In this document: piece by piece, positions 1 through 9,485 of the stretch
Layout of the letters: every line of letters begins with the position of its first letter
Position numbering within the stretch: the stretch's first letter is position 1
NCBI GenBank assembly: GCA_035551175.1
Contig: DASZNR010000154.1
Coordinates: forward strand, 17,194 to 81,193
Length of the DNA: 64,000 bases
Direction of reading: 5' to 3'
Source of the DNA: Amycolatopsis sp.
GTDB taxonomy: Bacteria > Actinomycetota > Actinomycetes > Mycobacteriales > Pseudonocardiaceae
Translations under genes and position numbers: made by a program
Notes under the pieces: generated by a model
Seen by the model: only the letters and a program-made list of their open reading frames with translations
Databases searched by the model: none
Told to the model about the DNA's origin: nothing

Positions 1-757
1 GCGGATGATGACGCTGACGCAGGAGTTCTTCGGCACCGCGGACCCGGACGCGCAGCGCGAGGACGTCGAGCCGCTCACGCCCGAAGCGGCCGCGCAGCAG
101 TGGTCCGCCGCGATCAACGACTTCTACGCCTACTTCGACAAGCTGGTCGAGGACCGGCGCGCGGACCCGCGGGACGACCTGGCCACCATCATCGCCCGCG
201 CCCGCGACGAGAACGGCGAGTACTACCGCAAGGAGTTCGCCTACGGCTGGTTCATCGCGATCGCCACGGCCGGGCACGACACGACGTCGAGCACGATGGC
301 GGGCGCGATCGAAGCGCTGGCGATGTTCCCGGACCAGCTGGCCAAGGTGCAGCACCGTCCCGAGCTGATCCCGGACCTGGTCAACGAAGCCCTGCGCTGG
401 GTTTCGCCGGTCAAGCAGTTCACCCGGCGCGCGCAGGAGGACTACGTGCTGCGCGGGCAGCAGATCCGCAAGGGCGACCGGTTCATGCTGCTCTACCAGT
501 CGGCCAACCGGGACGCTGACGTGTTCGAGGAGCCGGACACCTTCCGCCTGGACCGCAAGCCCAACCGGCACATCGCCTTCGGCTACGGCCCGCACATGTG
601 CATCGGGCAGCACCTGGCGAAGCTGGAGCTGCGGATCATGTTCGAGGAACTGCTGCCGCGGATCGAGGGGGTCGAGGTGACCGGCCAGCGCAAGCCCGTG
701 GTCACCAACTTCGTCGGCGGGCTGCGGAAACTGCCGGTCCGGCTGGATCTGTCGTGA
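1..757 (+). CDS. cytochrome P450, C-terminal ~250 aa (5' end is upstream of the window); CYP108/P450terp-like by recollection
   Basis: The frame is open from the window edge to TGA 755-757. It has the ExxR motif (EALR) and the heme-thiolate loop [14 protein letters not shown]. The C-terminus [16 protein letters not shown] resembles the P450terp tail as I remember it. Confidence 0.9.
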   Translation, partial: RMMTLTQEFFGTADPDAQREDVEPLTPEAAAQQWSAAINDFYAYFDKLVEDRRADPRDDLATIIARARDENGEYYRKEFAYGWFIAIATAGHDTTSSTMAGAIEALAMFPDQLAKVQHRPELIPDLVNEALRWVSPVKQFTRRAQEDYVLRGQQIRKGDRFMLLYQSANRDADVFEEPDTFRLDRKPNRHIAFGYGPHMCIGQHLAKLELRIMFEELLPRIEGVEVTGQRKPVVTNFVGGLRKLPVRLDLS

Positions 758-1962
758 CCGGGCGGGTGCTGGTCGTCGGCGCGGGCCACGCCGGCGCGAC
801 GGCGGCCGGCCTGCTGCGGCAGGCGGGCCACCCCGGGCCGGTGGAGCTGTTCGGCGACGAACTGGACCTGCCTTACCAGCGTCCGCCGCTGTCGAAGAAG
901 TTCGCCGAAGGACAGCTCGAACAATGGCTGCGGCCGGCGGAGTTCTACCGGGAGCAGGACATCACGGTCCGGCTCGGCGAACAGGTCACCGCGATCGACC
1001 GGGACCGCCGGTGCGTGCGGACCGACACGGGCCGGGCGCACGGCTACGAGCACCTGATTCTCGCGACCGGCGCGGCGCCGCGCCCGTTGCCGGTACCCGG
1101 TTCGGGTTTGCCCGGCGTCGTGTCGCTGCGGACGCTGGCCGACGCGCGGGTGCTGCGCAAATGCGTCGAGGAGCGGCGCGCGCTGGTCATCGTCGGCGGC
1201 GGGTACATCGGGCTGGAGGTCGCGGCGGTCGCGCGGGCGAACGGCGTGGCGGTGACGATCGTCGAACGGGAGGACCGGGTGCTCGCCCGGGTCGCCAGTC
1301 CCCGGCTGTCGGAGATCCTGGCCGCGCACCACCAGGGGCAGGGCACCCGGATCGTGACCGGCGCGGACGTCGTGCGGATCGACGGCGACGACCGGGTGCG
1401 GGCAGTCGTGCTCGGCGACGGCGGGGAAATCCCGTGCGAGGCGGTGCTGGTCGGAATCGGCGCCACGCCGCGCGACCGGCTGGCCGCGGAGGCCGGACTG
1501 GTGTGCGCGCAAGGGATCGTCGTCGATGCGCAGGCGCGTACGAGCGACCCGCACATCCTGGCGATCGGCGACGTGACACGACGTCCGCTGAGCACCGGTT
1601 CGCTGGTCCGGCTGGAAAGCATTCCGAGCGCGACCGAGCAGGCGAAGCAGGCGGTCGCCGCGATCACCGGCGCGCCGCCGGTCGCGCCCGAGGTGCCGTG
1701 GTTCTGGTCGGATCAGTTCGACCTCAAGCTCAAGATCGCCGGGCTGGTGCCGCCCGGCCCCGGCACGGTGCTGCGCGGCGATCCCGCGAGCGGCCGGTTC
1801 GCGCTGTTCCACCACCTCGGCGGCATCGTCGCCGCGGTCGAGTCCGCCAACTCCCCCGCCGAGTTCATGGCGGGCAAGAAGTTCATCGCGTCCGGCACCC
1901 GGATCGACCCGGCCCGGCTGGCCGACGCCACGGTCCCGGTGCGAGACGCGGTCATTCAGTGA
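754..1962 (+). CDS. ferredoxin--NAD(P)+ reductase (putidaredoxin/terpredoxin-reductase type flavoprotein)
   Basis: GTG 754 overlaps the P450 stop (GTGA). There are two Rossmann motifs, [10 protein letters not shown] and [11 protein letters not shown]. The ORF-track extension upstream of 754 is read-through of the P450 3' end in another frame. Confidence 0.9.
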   Translation: MTGRVLVVGAGHAGATAAGLLRQAGHPGPVELFGDELDLPYQRPPLSKKFAEGQLEQWLRPAEFYREQDITVRLGEQVTAIDRDRRCVRTDTGRAHGYEHLILATGAAPRPLPVPGSGLPGVVSLRTLADARVLRKCVEERRALVIVGGGYIGLEVAAVARANGVAVTIVEREDRVLARVASPRLSEILAAHHQGQGTRIVTGADVVRIDGDDRVRAVVLGDGGEIPCEAVLVGIGATPRDRLAAEAGLVCAQGIVVDAQARTSDPHILAIGDVTRRPLSTGSLVRLESIPSATEQAKQAVAAITGAPPVAPEVPWFWSDQFDLKLKIAGLVPPGPGTVLRGDPASGRFALFHHLGGIVAAVESANSPAEFMAGKKFIASGTRIDPARLADATVPVRDAVIQ

Positions 1963-1975
1963 ATACGGAGACATC

Positions 1976-2293
1976 ATGCCGAAAGTGAGCTACCAACTGC
2001 CCGACGGAACCACGCACGATCTCGAAGTCCCTTGTGGACAGAGCGTGATGGACGGCTCCGTGCGCAGCAACCTGCCCGGCATCGTCGCCGAATGCGGCGG
2101 CGGCTGCTCGTGCGCCACTTGCCACGTCTATCTCGAAGAAGGAGCGTCCTTTTTCGACGAACCGACGGACGAGGAGCGGGAACTGCTCGAGTTCGCCGAG
2201 GACGCGCGGCCCAACTCCCGGCTGTCGTGCCAGCTGATCCTCACCGAGTCCTGCTCGGGCGTGCGCGTCACGGTCCCCGATTCCAACGGCTAG
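1976..2293 (+). CDS. [2Fe-2S] ferredoxin (putidaredoxin/adrenodoxin type)
   Basis: 105 aa with the cluster motif CGGGCSCATCHV plus a downstream Cys in SRLSCQL. RBS-like GGAGA lies upstream of the ATG. It sits directly after the reductase. Confidence 0.9.
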   Translation: MPKVSYQLPDGTTHDLEVPCGQSVMDGSVRSNLPGIVAECGGGCSCATCHVYLEEGASFFDEPTDEERELLEFAEDARPNSRLSCQLILTESCSGVRVTVPDSNG

Positions 2294-2322
2294 CAATCCC
2301 CCACCGGACAAAGGAGTTCGAC

Positions 2323-3432
2323 ATGGACGTCACCGCCGCGGTGGCCACGGAGATCGGTGGCCCCTTCGCGATCAAGCAGCTCGCGCTCGCCGATCCGGCA
2401 CCCGGCGAGGTGCTCGTCGAGATCGCCGGGGTCGGCCTGTGCCACACCGACCTCGCTGCCAAGGACGGGCACTTGCCGTTCCCGCTGCCCGGGGTCTTCG
2501 GGCACGAAGGCAGTGGGGTCGTCACTGCTGTGGGCAGTGCGGTCACCAAGGTCGAACCTGGCGACAAAGTGGTGCTCAGCTTCGACAGCTGCGGCCACTG
2601 CACGCAGTGCGACGCCGGTGAACCTGCCTACTGCCAGGAGTTCATGGCCTACAACTTCGGCGGCGCACGCCAGGACGGCACCAGCCCGCTGAGTGACAGC
2701 GGCGAGCCTGTGGGCTCGGCGTTCTTCGGGCAATCGTCATTCGCAACCCACGCGCTCGCCCGCGAGCGCAACGTGGTCAAGGTGCCCGGCGACGCGCCGC
2801 TGGCAGTGCTCGGGCCGCTCGGCTGCGGCGTGCAGACCGGCGCTGGCGCGGTGCTCAACTCCCTGGACTGCCAGCCGGGCGGCACTCTGCTGGTGCTCGG
2901 CGGCGGTTCGGTGGGGCTGTCGGCCGTCCTCGCCGGGGTCGTACGGGAGCTGAGCCGGATCATCGTGGTGGAACCGCATGCCGCGCGGCGCGATCTCGCG
3001 CTTTCGCTGGGCGCGACCCATGTGGTCGACCCCGGTGCCGGCCCGCTGGCCGAGCAGGTGCGCGCGATCGCGGCCGAGGGCGCCGATTACGCCATCGACA
3101 CGACCGGAATCGCCGCCGTGCTGCAGGACGCGATGCAGGCGCTGGCGCATCGCGCCAAGGTCGGCATCATCGGCGTGCCCGCCGATCCCGAGGCGGCTCT
3201 GGCGCTCAACCTCATCCAGGCGCAGGTGCTCGGCGTCCGGGTGATGGGGATCGTCGAGGGCGACAGCGATCCCGACGTGTTCATCCCGGAGCTGCTGGAA
3301 CTGCACCGCACCGGCCGGTTCCCGTTCGACAAGCTCGTCACCACCATGCCGTTCACCGAGATCAACGAGGCCGTCGCCGCGCAGCACCGCGGGGACGCCG
3401 TGAAAATCGTGCTTGTGCACGGGGAGCTGTGA
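2323..3432 (+). CDS. zinc-dependent alcohol dehydrogenase (MDR family, aryl/terpenoid alcohol dehydrogenase-like)
   Basis: ATG 2323 is preceded by AAAGGAG. Motifs are GLCHTD, GHEGSG and a structural-zinc Cys cluster (CGHCTQCDAGEPAYC). The longer track ORF from 2032 is a frame artefact overlapping the ferredoxin gene. Confidence 0.9.
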   Translation: MDVTAAVATEIGGPFAIKQLALADPAPGEVLVEIAGVGLCHTDLAAKDGHLPFPLPGVFGHEGSGVVTAVGSAVTKVEPGDKVVLSFDSCGHCTQCDAGEPAYCQEFMAYNFGGARQDGTSPLSDSGEPVGSAFFGQSSFATHALARERNVVKVPGDAPLAVLGPLGCGVQTGAGAVLNSLDCQPGGTLLVLGGGSVGLSAVLAGVVRELSRIIVVEPHAARRDLALSLGATHVVDPGAGPLAEQVRAIAAEGADYAIDTTGIAAVLQDAMQALAHRAKVGIIGVPADPEAALALNLIQAQVLGVRVMGIVEGDSDPDVFIPELLELHRTGRFPFDKLVTTMPFTEINEAVAAQHRGDAVKIVLVHGEL

Positions 3433-4883
3433 TGACACTCGACTACGACCGGCTCTATCTCGCGGGCGACTGGGCCGAACCCGCTTCGGCGCAACGGATC
3501 CCAGTACGCTCGGCCACCACCGAAGAACCGATCGGCAGCGTGCCGGAGGCAGCCGAGGCGGACGTCGACACCGCTGTCGCGGCTGCGCGGCGGGCCTTCG
3601 ACGATCCCTCCGGCTGGTCCCGGAATCCACAGCTGCGCGCCGAAGCATTGGAACGCTTCGCGGCGGCGCTGGAAAGCCGGGCCGCCGAGACCTCGCGCCG
3701 CGTGACCATTCAGAACGGCATGCCGATCAGCCTGGCGCAGCAGTTCGAAGGCGGATTCCCGCCGGTGCTGCTGCGGTACTTCTCGGGCCTGGCGACGGGC
3801 TCGCCGCAGGAAGAGACTCGGCCGGGCATGCTCGGCGGCAGCTCGCGCGTGCTGCGGGAACCGATCGGCGTCGTGGCGGCGATCGTGCCGTGGAACGTGC
3901 CGCAAGCCATCACCTTCCTGAAACTGGCCCCCGCGCTGGCGGCCGGCTGCACGGTGGTGCTCAAACCGGCGCCGGAGACGGTGCTCGACGCGATGCTGAT
4001 GTGCGAGGCGGCCGCCGAGGCGGGACTGCCCGAAGGCGTGCTGAACGTCGTTCCCGGCGGTCGCGAGCTCGGCGCTTACCTGATCGCCCATCCCGGTGTG
4101 GACAAGGTCTCCTTCACCGGTTCCACCGCGGCGGGCCGCTCGATCGCGGAGACCTGCGGGCGGCTGCTGCGGCCGGTCACGCTGGAACTCGGCGGGAAAT
4201 CGGCGGCGATCGTGCTCGACGACGCCGACCTGGCGGCCACCATCGAAAGCTTCTTCGCCGCCACCTTGCTCAACAACGGCCAGATCTGCTGGCTCGGCAC
4301 GCGGGTGCTCGCGCCGCGCGCCCGCTACGCCGAGGTCGTGGACACTGTCACGGATCTCGCGCGTTCGCTGAACGTCGGCGACCCGCTGGAGGAGACCACC
4401 CAGCTGGGTCCGCTGGTCTCTGCCCGGCAGCGGGACCGGGTGGAGTCCTACATCGCCAAGGGCCTCGGCGACGGCGCCCGGCTGACCACCGGCGGCGCCC
4501 GGCCCGCCGACCGGGACCGGGGCTGGTTCGTGCAACCCACGGTGTTCGCCGACGTGGACAACAACCACACCATCGCGCAGGAGGAGATCTTCGGGCCGGT
4601 GCTGTCGGTGATCCCCTATGCCGACGAGGACGAGGCGGTCGCCATCGCCAACGCCAGCGAGTACGGCCTCGGCGGCACGGTGTGGACCGCCGACCCGGAC
4701 CGCGGCGAGGCGGTGGCCAGGCGGGTCGCTTCGGGAACGATCGGTATCAACGCCTACACCAACGATCCGGTCGCGCCGTTCGGCGGAATCAAGTCCAGCG
4801 GGATCGGCCGCGAGCTCGGCCCCGAGGGACTGCACTCCTACCAGGTGTTCAAGACCATCTACCTGGACCCCAGCAAGGGGTAG
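3429..4883 (+). CDS. NAD(P)+-dependent aldehyde dehydrogenase
   Basis: Start is GTG 3429 or ATG 3432, overlapping the ADH stop. Motifs are VPWNVP, FTGSTAAG, ELGGKS, NNGQIC (catalytic Cys) and EEIFGPV. Confidence 0.92.
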   Translation: MMTLDYDRLYLAGDWAEPASAQRIPVRSATTEEPIGSVPEAAEADVDTAVAAARRAFDDPSGWSRNPQLRAEALERFAAALESRAAETSRRVTIQNGMPISLAQQFEGGFPPVLLRYFSGLATGSPQEETRPGMLGGSSRVLREPIGVVAAIVPWNVPQAITFLKLAPALAAGCTVVLKPAPETVLDAMLMCEAAAEAGLPEGVLNVVPGGRELGAYLIAHPGVDKVSFTGSTAAGRSIAETCGRLLRPVTLELGGKSAAIVLDDADLAATIESFFAATLLNNGQICWLGTRVLAPRARYAEVVDTVTDLARSLNVGDPLEETTQLGPLVSARQRDRVESYIAKGLGDGARLTTGGARPADRDRGWFVQPTVFADVDNNHTIAQEEIFGPVLSVIPYADEDEAVAIANASEYGLGGTVWTADPDRGEAVARRVASGTIGINAYTNDPVAPFGGIKSSGIGRELGPEGLHSYQVFKTIYLDPSKG

Positions 4884-4945
4884 CCGAGCTATCCACAAAG
4901 GGGTAAATCCCTCCTCCTTCCGCACTCCGGGGCGGCGGCGCTCTT

Positions 4946-4963
4946 GATAACGCTCGTTCACAG
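4946..4963. promoter_or_regulatory. operator-like motif GATAACGCTCGTTCACAG (copy 1 of 3; core AACGnTCGTT)
   Basis: AT-rich island in the 152-nt gap upstream of the BadI-like gene. It is nearly identical to 35336-35352 and is the reverse complement of 5836-5849. It lies inside a 12-bp inverted repeat (4932-4943 / 4986-4997). Confidence 0.55.
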
Positions 4964-5035
4964 ACCTACGTTCGGTGAAGGGCGGGAGCGCCGCCGCTTC
5001 GACGTTCTTCCGACGGGGAAAGGATCGCGGTCTTC

Positions 5036-5830
5036 ATGGACGAGTTCACCGACATCAGCTACAAGGTCGAGGACGGCCTGGCCTGGATCACCATCAACCG
5101 GCCGGAGCGGTACAACTCGTTCCGCGCCCGCACGGTCGACGAGCTGGTGAAGGCGTTCAAGAAAGCCTGGGGCAGCGGCGAGGTCGGCGTCATCTGCCTG
5201 ACCGGCGCGGGCGACAAGGCGTTCTGCACCGGCGGCGACCAGAAACAGCGCGCCGAGACCGGCGACTACGGCCCCTCGGACTCCGGCCTGTTCGAGATCG
5301 ACGCTCTGCACCACGTCATCCGCGACGTGCCCAAGCCGGTGATCGCCGCGGTGAACGGCTTCGCCATCGGCGGCGGCCACGTGCTGCACGTGCTGTGCGA
5401 CCTCACGATCGCCGCGGACACCGCGAAGTTCGGCCAGAACGGGCCGCGCGTCGGATCCTTCGACGCCGGGTTCGGCACCGGCTACCTCGCCCGCATCCTC
5501 GGCGAGAAGCGCGCCCGCGAGGTGTGGTTCCTCTGCCGCCGCTACACCGCGGCCCAGATGGAGAACTGGGGCCTGGTCAACAGCGTCGTGCCGCAGGAGG
5601 ACCTGTACCAGGAGGTGCGCACCTGGGCGGACGAGATCCTCTCCCTGTCCCCCACCGCGCTCAAGGTGCTCAAGCAGTCGTTCAACACCGACACCGAGCA
5701 GTTCGCGAGCACCGGGCAGCTGGCGTACTCCTATCTGCACTCGTTCGGCGAGTCCGAGGAGGCGCAGGAGGGCATCAAGGCGTTCAACGAGAAGCGCAAG
5801 CCCGACTTCGCCCCGTACCGCGGCAACTGA
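5036..5830 (+). CDS. crotonase-superfamily MenB/BadI-family enzyme (candidate 2-ketocycloalkyl-carboxyl-CoA ring-opening hydrolase)
   Basis: 264 aa. Signature stretches [27 protein letters not shown] and [12 protein letters not shown] are typical of MenB/BadI. No men genes are nearby, and the context is catabolic. Confidence 0.85.
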   Translation: MDEFTDISYKVEDGLAWITINRPERYNSFRARTVDELVKAFKKAWGSGEVGVICLTGAGDKAFCTGGDQKQRAETGDYGPSDSGLFEIDALHHVIRDVPKPVIAAVNGFAIGGGHVLHVLCDLTIAADTAKFGQNGPRVGSFDAGFGTGYLARILGEKRAREVWFLCRRYTAAQMENWGLVNSVVPQEDLYQEVRTWADEILSLSPTALKVLKQSFNTDTEQFASTGQLAYSYLHSFGESEEAQEGIKAFNEKRKPDFAPYRGN

Positions 5831-5835
5831 GCGGA

Positions 5836-5849
5836 AACGAGCGTTATCA
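5836..5849. promoter_or_regulatory. operator-like motif AACGAGCGTTATCA (inverted copy of 4945-4958)
   Basis: Exact 14-nt reverse complement of 4945-4958. It occupies the 21-nt gap between the BadI-like stop and the ACAD start (ATG 5852). Confidence 0.5.
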
Positions 5850-5851
5850 CG

Positions 5852-6988
5852 ATGCGTTTCACGAAGGAACAGGAAAGCTTCGCCGCCGCGGTGCGCGCGT
5901 TCTGTGAAGCCGAGTGCGGCACGCTCGCCCAGCGGGACGCGCTCACCGACGGCGGGAAGCTCTCCAACAGCCCGGAGATCCTGCGCAAGCTCGCCGCACA
6001 AGGCTGGCTCGGGGTCTCGATCCCGGAGGCGTATGGCGGCGGCGGGGCCGGCATGGTCGAAGAGTGCCTCTTCCTGGAGGAGACCTCGCGCGGGCTGGCC
6101 CCGATCACCGGGTACTCCACCGGTCTGACCGCGGGCCAGACTTACCTGCGGTACGGCACCGAGGAACAGAAGAAGGACATCCTCGGCGGGCTGTGCGCCG
6201 GGGCACTGGAGGCGATCGCGCTGTCCGAGCCGGGTGCGGGCTCGGACCTCGGTTCGGTGCGGATCAAGGCCGTGCCGGACGGCGATCACTACGTCGTGGA
6301 CGGGCAGAAAACCTGGACGTCCGCGGCGCACGTCGCCAAGCACCTGCTGTTGCTGGCTCGCACCGACTCGAGCGGGCCGAAGCACCAGGGCCTGACGCTG
6401 CTGATCGTGCCGACCGACGTGCCGGGTCTGGAGATCCGGCCGATCGAGACGATGGAAGCGCACACGGTCAACGACCTGTTCTTCACCGGCGTGCGGATCC
6501 CGGCGGCGAACGTCGTCGGCGAGGTGGGCCAGGCTTGGAAGCACCTGATGCGCGGGCTGAGCGTTGAACGGCTCATCATCGCCGCGATGTCGCTCGGCGC
6601 GGCCGAGCGTTCGCTGGACGACCTGCTCGGCTACGTCAAGCAGCGCGAGCAGTTCGGCCGCACCATCGGCAGTTTCCAGGCGGTGCGGCACCGGATCGCC
6701 GATCTGGCCACCGAAATCGCCTACGCCAAGGCGTTCGTCTACGACGTGGCCGCCCGGATCGACGCGGGCGAGGAGGACCAGCTCGCCCGGGAAGGATCGA
6801 TGGCCAAGCTCAAGTGCACGGAGATCGCCAAGCACACCGCACTGGAGGCCATGCAGCTCATGGGCGGCTACGGCTATGCCCGCGAGTACGGCATGGAAGG
6901 CCAGGTCCGCAAGGCGCTGGCACCGCCGATTTACGGCGGTACGAACGAAATCCAGCGCGAGATCATCAGCAAGAGCTTCGGGCTCTGA
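5852..6988 (+). CDS. acyl-CoA dehydrogenase
   Basis: 378 aa. It has an ACAD fold signature (ALSEPGAGSD, QKTWTS) and a C-terminal IYGGTNEIQREIIS with the canonical catalytic-base region. Confidence 0.9.
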   Translation: MRFTKEQESFAAAVRAFCEAECGTLAQRDALTDGGKLSNSPEILRKLAAQGWLGVSIPEAYGGGGAGMVEECLFLEETSRGLAPITGYSTGLTAGQTYLRYGTEEQKKDILGGLCAGALEAIALSEPGAGSDLGSVRIKAVPDGDHYVVDGQKTWTSAAHVAKHLLLLARTDSSGPKHQGLTLLIVPTDVPGLEIRPIETMEAHTVNDLFFTGVRIPAANVVGEVGQAWKHLMRGLSVERLIIAAMSLGAAERSLDDLLGYVKQREQFGRTIGSFQAVRHRIADLATEIAYAKAFVYDVAARIDAGEEDQLAREGSMAKLKCTEIAKHTALEAMQLMGGYGYAREYGMEGQVRKALAPPIYGGTNEIQREIISKSFGL

Positions 6989-7004
6989 CACGAGGGACCA
7001 TCGC

Positions 7005-7901
7005 ATGGCAACGACGAAGTCCGTGTTCGCGCCCGATCTCCTGGCGGGGCACCGCATCCTGATCACCGGCGGCGGCACCGGCCTCGGCCGGGGCGTCGCC
7101 GGGCACCTCACCGCGCACGGCGCGCAGGTCCATCTGTGGGGCCGCCGCGAAACGGTGCTCGCCGAAGCCGCCGAGGAGGCGGGCGAGCCGGGCACGGTGC
7201 ACTACCAGACCGTCGACGTCCGCGACGCGGACCAGGTGGACGCCGCGATGGCGGAGATCTGGTCCGGGCACGGGCCGCTCACCGGAGTGATCAACAACGC
7301 CGCCGCGAATTTCATCGCACCCACGAAGTCGTTGAGCGCGCGCGGTTTCGAGGCGGTCAGCTCGACGGTGATGAACGGTTCGTTCAACACCACGCACGCC
7401 GCGGGCCGGCGCTGGATCGAACAGGGCCTGCCGGGAGTGGTGCTGTCGACGCTGACCACGTGGGTCTGGAGCGGCTCGGCTTTCGTGGTGCCCTCGGCCA
7501 TGGCGAAAGCGGCCGTCCACGCGATGACGATGTCGCTGGCGGTGGAGTGGGCGCGGTACGGGATCCGGCTCAACGCGCTGGCTCCCGGGCCGATCCCGAC
7601 CGACTACGCCTGGGAAATGCTCAACCCGACCGACAAGAGCGGCGTCGGCGCGACCCAGGCCGACCAGGTGCCGATGGGCCGGATGGGCACGGTGGAGGAA
7701 TTGGCGAACCTGACCGTCTTCCTGCTGTCCGACGCTTGCCCGTACCTGACCGGCGAGACGATCGCGATGGACGGCGGCCAGCGGCTGGCCGGGCCGGGCA
7801 CCTTCGCTGGCCTGACCGCACTGTCCGACGAGGACTGGACGGAAATCAGGGAACAGAGCAAGAAGGCCAGCGCGGCGGCGAAGGCACAGCGCAGCGTGTG
7901 A
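7005..7901 (+). CDS. 2,4-dienoyl-CoA reductase-type SDR (DECR-like)
   Basis: ATG 7005. Motifs are ITGGGTGLG, NNAAANFIAPT, GSAFVVPSAMAKAAV and GRMGTVEELANL, which closely recall eukaryotic DECR1/2 from memory. Confidence 0.85.
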   Translation: MATTKSVFAPDLLAGHRILITGGGTGLGRGVAGHLTAHGAQVHLWGRRETVLAEAAEEAGEPGTVHYQTVDVRDADQVDAAMAEIWSGHGPLTGVINNAAANFIAPTKSLSARGFEAVSSTVMNGSFNTTHAAGRRWIEQGLPGVVLSTLTTWVWSGSAFVVPSAMAKAAVHAMTMSLAVEWARYGIRLNALAPGPIPTDYAWEMLNPTDKSGVGATQADQVPMGRMGTVEELANLTVFLLSDACPYLTGETIAMDGGQRLAGPGTFAGLTALSDEDWTEIREQSKKASAAAKAQRSV

Positions 7902-7908
7902 ACGGGTC

Positions 7909-7940
7909 GGGCCGCTTGCCTCGGGCGAGGCAAGCGGCCC
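7909..7940. terminator. bidirectional hairpin between convergent genes
   Basis: Perfect 14-bp stem GGGCCGCTTGCCTC / GAGGCAAGCGGCCC with loop GGGC. It lies between the SDR stop (7901) and the amidase stop (7944). There is no clear T-tract. Confidence 0.6.
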
Positions 7941-7943
7941 AGC

Positions 7944-9485
7944 TCAGCGCCCGCAGTCGAAGCCGCCGCTCGGGTCGGCGTAGCGGGCCTCGGACACGTT
8001 CGCCAGCGACTCCCCCAATTCCACCAATCCCGTTGAAATAGCGGCTACCGCTTCGTCTTCGGCGCCCTGCGCCGTACGCATCGGGGCGGCCGCGACCGGA
8101 GTCGGTGGCTCGTCGAGGTGGAACGCCGTGCGCTGCTGCACCGCGTCGCCGGCCCGCACGACCAGCCCTTCTTCCCACCGCCGCCCGGCCAGCGACAACG
8201 CGAGCGGCAGTCCTAGCCCGGAGAGCCCCATCGGGAGCACGAGCACCGGATTGCCCAACGGATTCCAATACGCCGTGTGCAGCGAGGTCATCACGCTGGT
8301 CGGGTCCAGGCCGGTGACCTCCGCCAACGACGGTGCGCCGAGGTGTCCCATCGGTGTGGCGATCAGGTCGACGGTCTCCAGCAGCGCGTCCATTTTCGCC
8401 TGAGCGACACGTCGGACCCGCATCGCTTGCAGGTAGTGCGCCGCAGTGATCGCCCGCGCGCTGCTGAGCAACACCCGGGTCGCCTGTCCGTAGTCGGCGC
8501 CGCGGGCACGCAGATCTCCCTCGTGGTAGCTGAGCGCCTCGGCGAGCATCACCACCGAGTCGATCGCCTGCAGTTCGGGGTACATCGGCAGGTCCACCGG
8601 CACGAGTTCCGCGCCCGCGTCGGCCAGCACGCCAAGCGCCGCCGCGAAGCAGCGCCCCGTCTCCGGGTCAGCCCGCGGGGCAAAGCGGTCGAGGTCGTCG
8701 ACTCCGACCCGCACGCCCCGGAGGTCGCCGGTGAGGCCGCCCAGGTAGTCGCCGGGCTTCGTCTCCGCGGCGTATGGGTCGGCTGGATGGTGCCCGGCCA
8801 GCACCGACAGCAGCAGCGCGCAGTCCCGTGCGCTGCGCGCCAGCGGACCGACATGGTCGAGGGTGTAGCTCAGCGGCACCATCCCCGCCTTCGGAACGCG
8901 GCCGAAGGTCGGCTTGAGCCCGGTGACACCGTTGAATCCAGCGGGCATCCGGATGCTGCCCGCGGTGTCGGAGCCGAGCGCGCCCAGCACCATCCCGGAC
9001 GCGACGCCGCTGCCGCATCCGGAACTTGAGCCACCGGCGTAGTGGGCGGAGTTCCACGCGTTGCGGGGCACCGGAAACGGCTTGCCGGGGTCGGGCACGC
9101 CGAGGGCGAACTCCATGGTGGTGAGCTTCCCGAGCACGATTCCGCCTGCGCGCCGCAGCCGGGCGACGGCCGGGGCGTCACCGATCCCTTCCGCCCAGCC
9201 GCGATCCAGCACCAGGCTTTGCGCCGTCGTGGGGCCGCCCTCGGCAGCCAGGATGTCCTTGACCCCCAAGGGAATGCCGTCGAGCGGGCCGACGGGCTCG
9301 CCGCGCGCGAACCGGTCGTCGGCCGCGCGGGCCGCCTCCCGGGCGCCGGCGTCGTCACGATGCAGGAAGACCCCGAGCACCGGGTCGAACGCATCCGCCC
9401 GCGCTATCGCCTCCTCGACCAGTTCCGCCGCGCTCGCCCGGCCCGCGCGCAGATCCGCCGCGGCACCGGTGATCGTCCTGATCAC
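7944..9485 (-). CDS. amidase (amidase-signature family)
   Basis: GTG 9485 overlaps the upstream stop (GTGA). It has the AS motif GGSSSGCGSGVA and the Ser-cisSer-Lys context GVKD...GSDTAGSIR. The longer track ORF to 10433 is a frame artefact. Confidence 0.85.
   Translation of the reverse strand: MIRTITGAAADLRAGRASAAELVEEAIARADAFDPVLGVFLHRDDAGAREAARAADDRFARGEPVGPLDGIPLGVKDILAAEGGPTTAQSLVLDRGWAEGIGDAPAVARLRRAGGIVLGKLTTMEFALGVPDPGKPFPVPRNAWNSAHYAGGSSSGCGSGVASGMVLGALGSDTAGSIRMPAGFNGVTGLKPTFGRVPKAGMVPLSYTLDHVGPLARSARDCALLLSVLAGHHPADPYAAETKPGDYLGGLTGDLRGVRVGVDDLDRFAPRADPETGRCFAAALGVLADAGAELVPVDLPMYPELQAIDSVVMLAEALSYHEGDLRARGADYGQATRVLLSSARAITAAHYLQAMRVRRVAQAKMDALLETVDLIATPMGHLGAPSLAEVTGLDPTSVMTSLHTAYWNPLGNPVLVLPMGLSGLGLPLALSLAGRRWEEGLVVRAGDAVQQRTAFHLDEPPTPVAAAPMRTAQGAEDEAVAAISTGLVELGESLANVSEARYADPSGGFDCGR

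Noticed and set aside
583-1977. Long antisense or alternate-frame ORFs in the track. Examples are 583-1977(-), 3087-4961(-), 4958-7195(-), 14171-17167(+), 21724-24081(+), 45182-48031(+), 50990-53629(+), 55431-58238(+) and 60303-62330(+).
   Set aside because: Their translations are Arg/Pro/Gly/Ala-rich low-complexity strings with no family motifs. Each lies opposite to or out of frame with a CDS that has clear family signatures. These are the shadow ORFs expected in ~70% GC DNA, where stop codons are rare.
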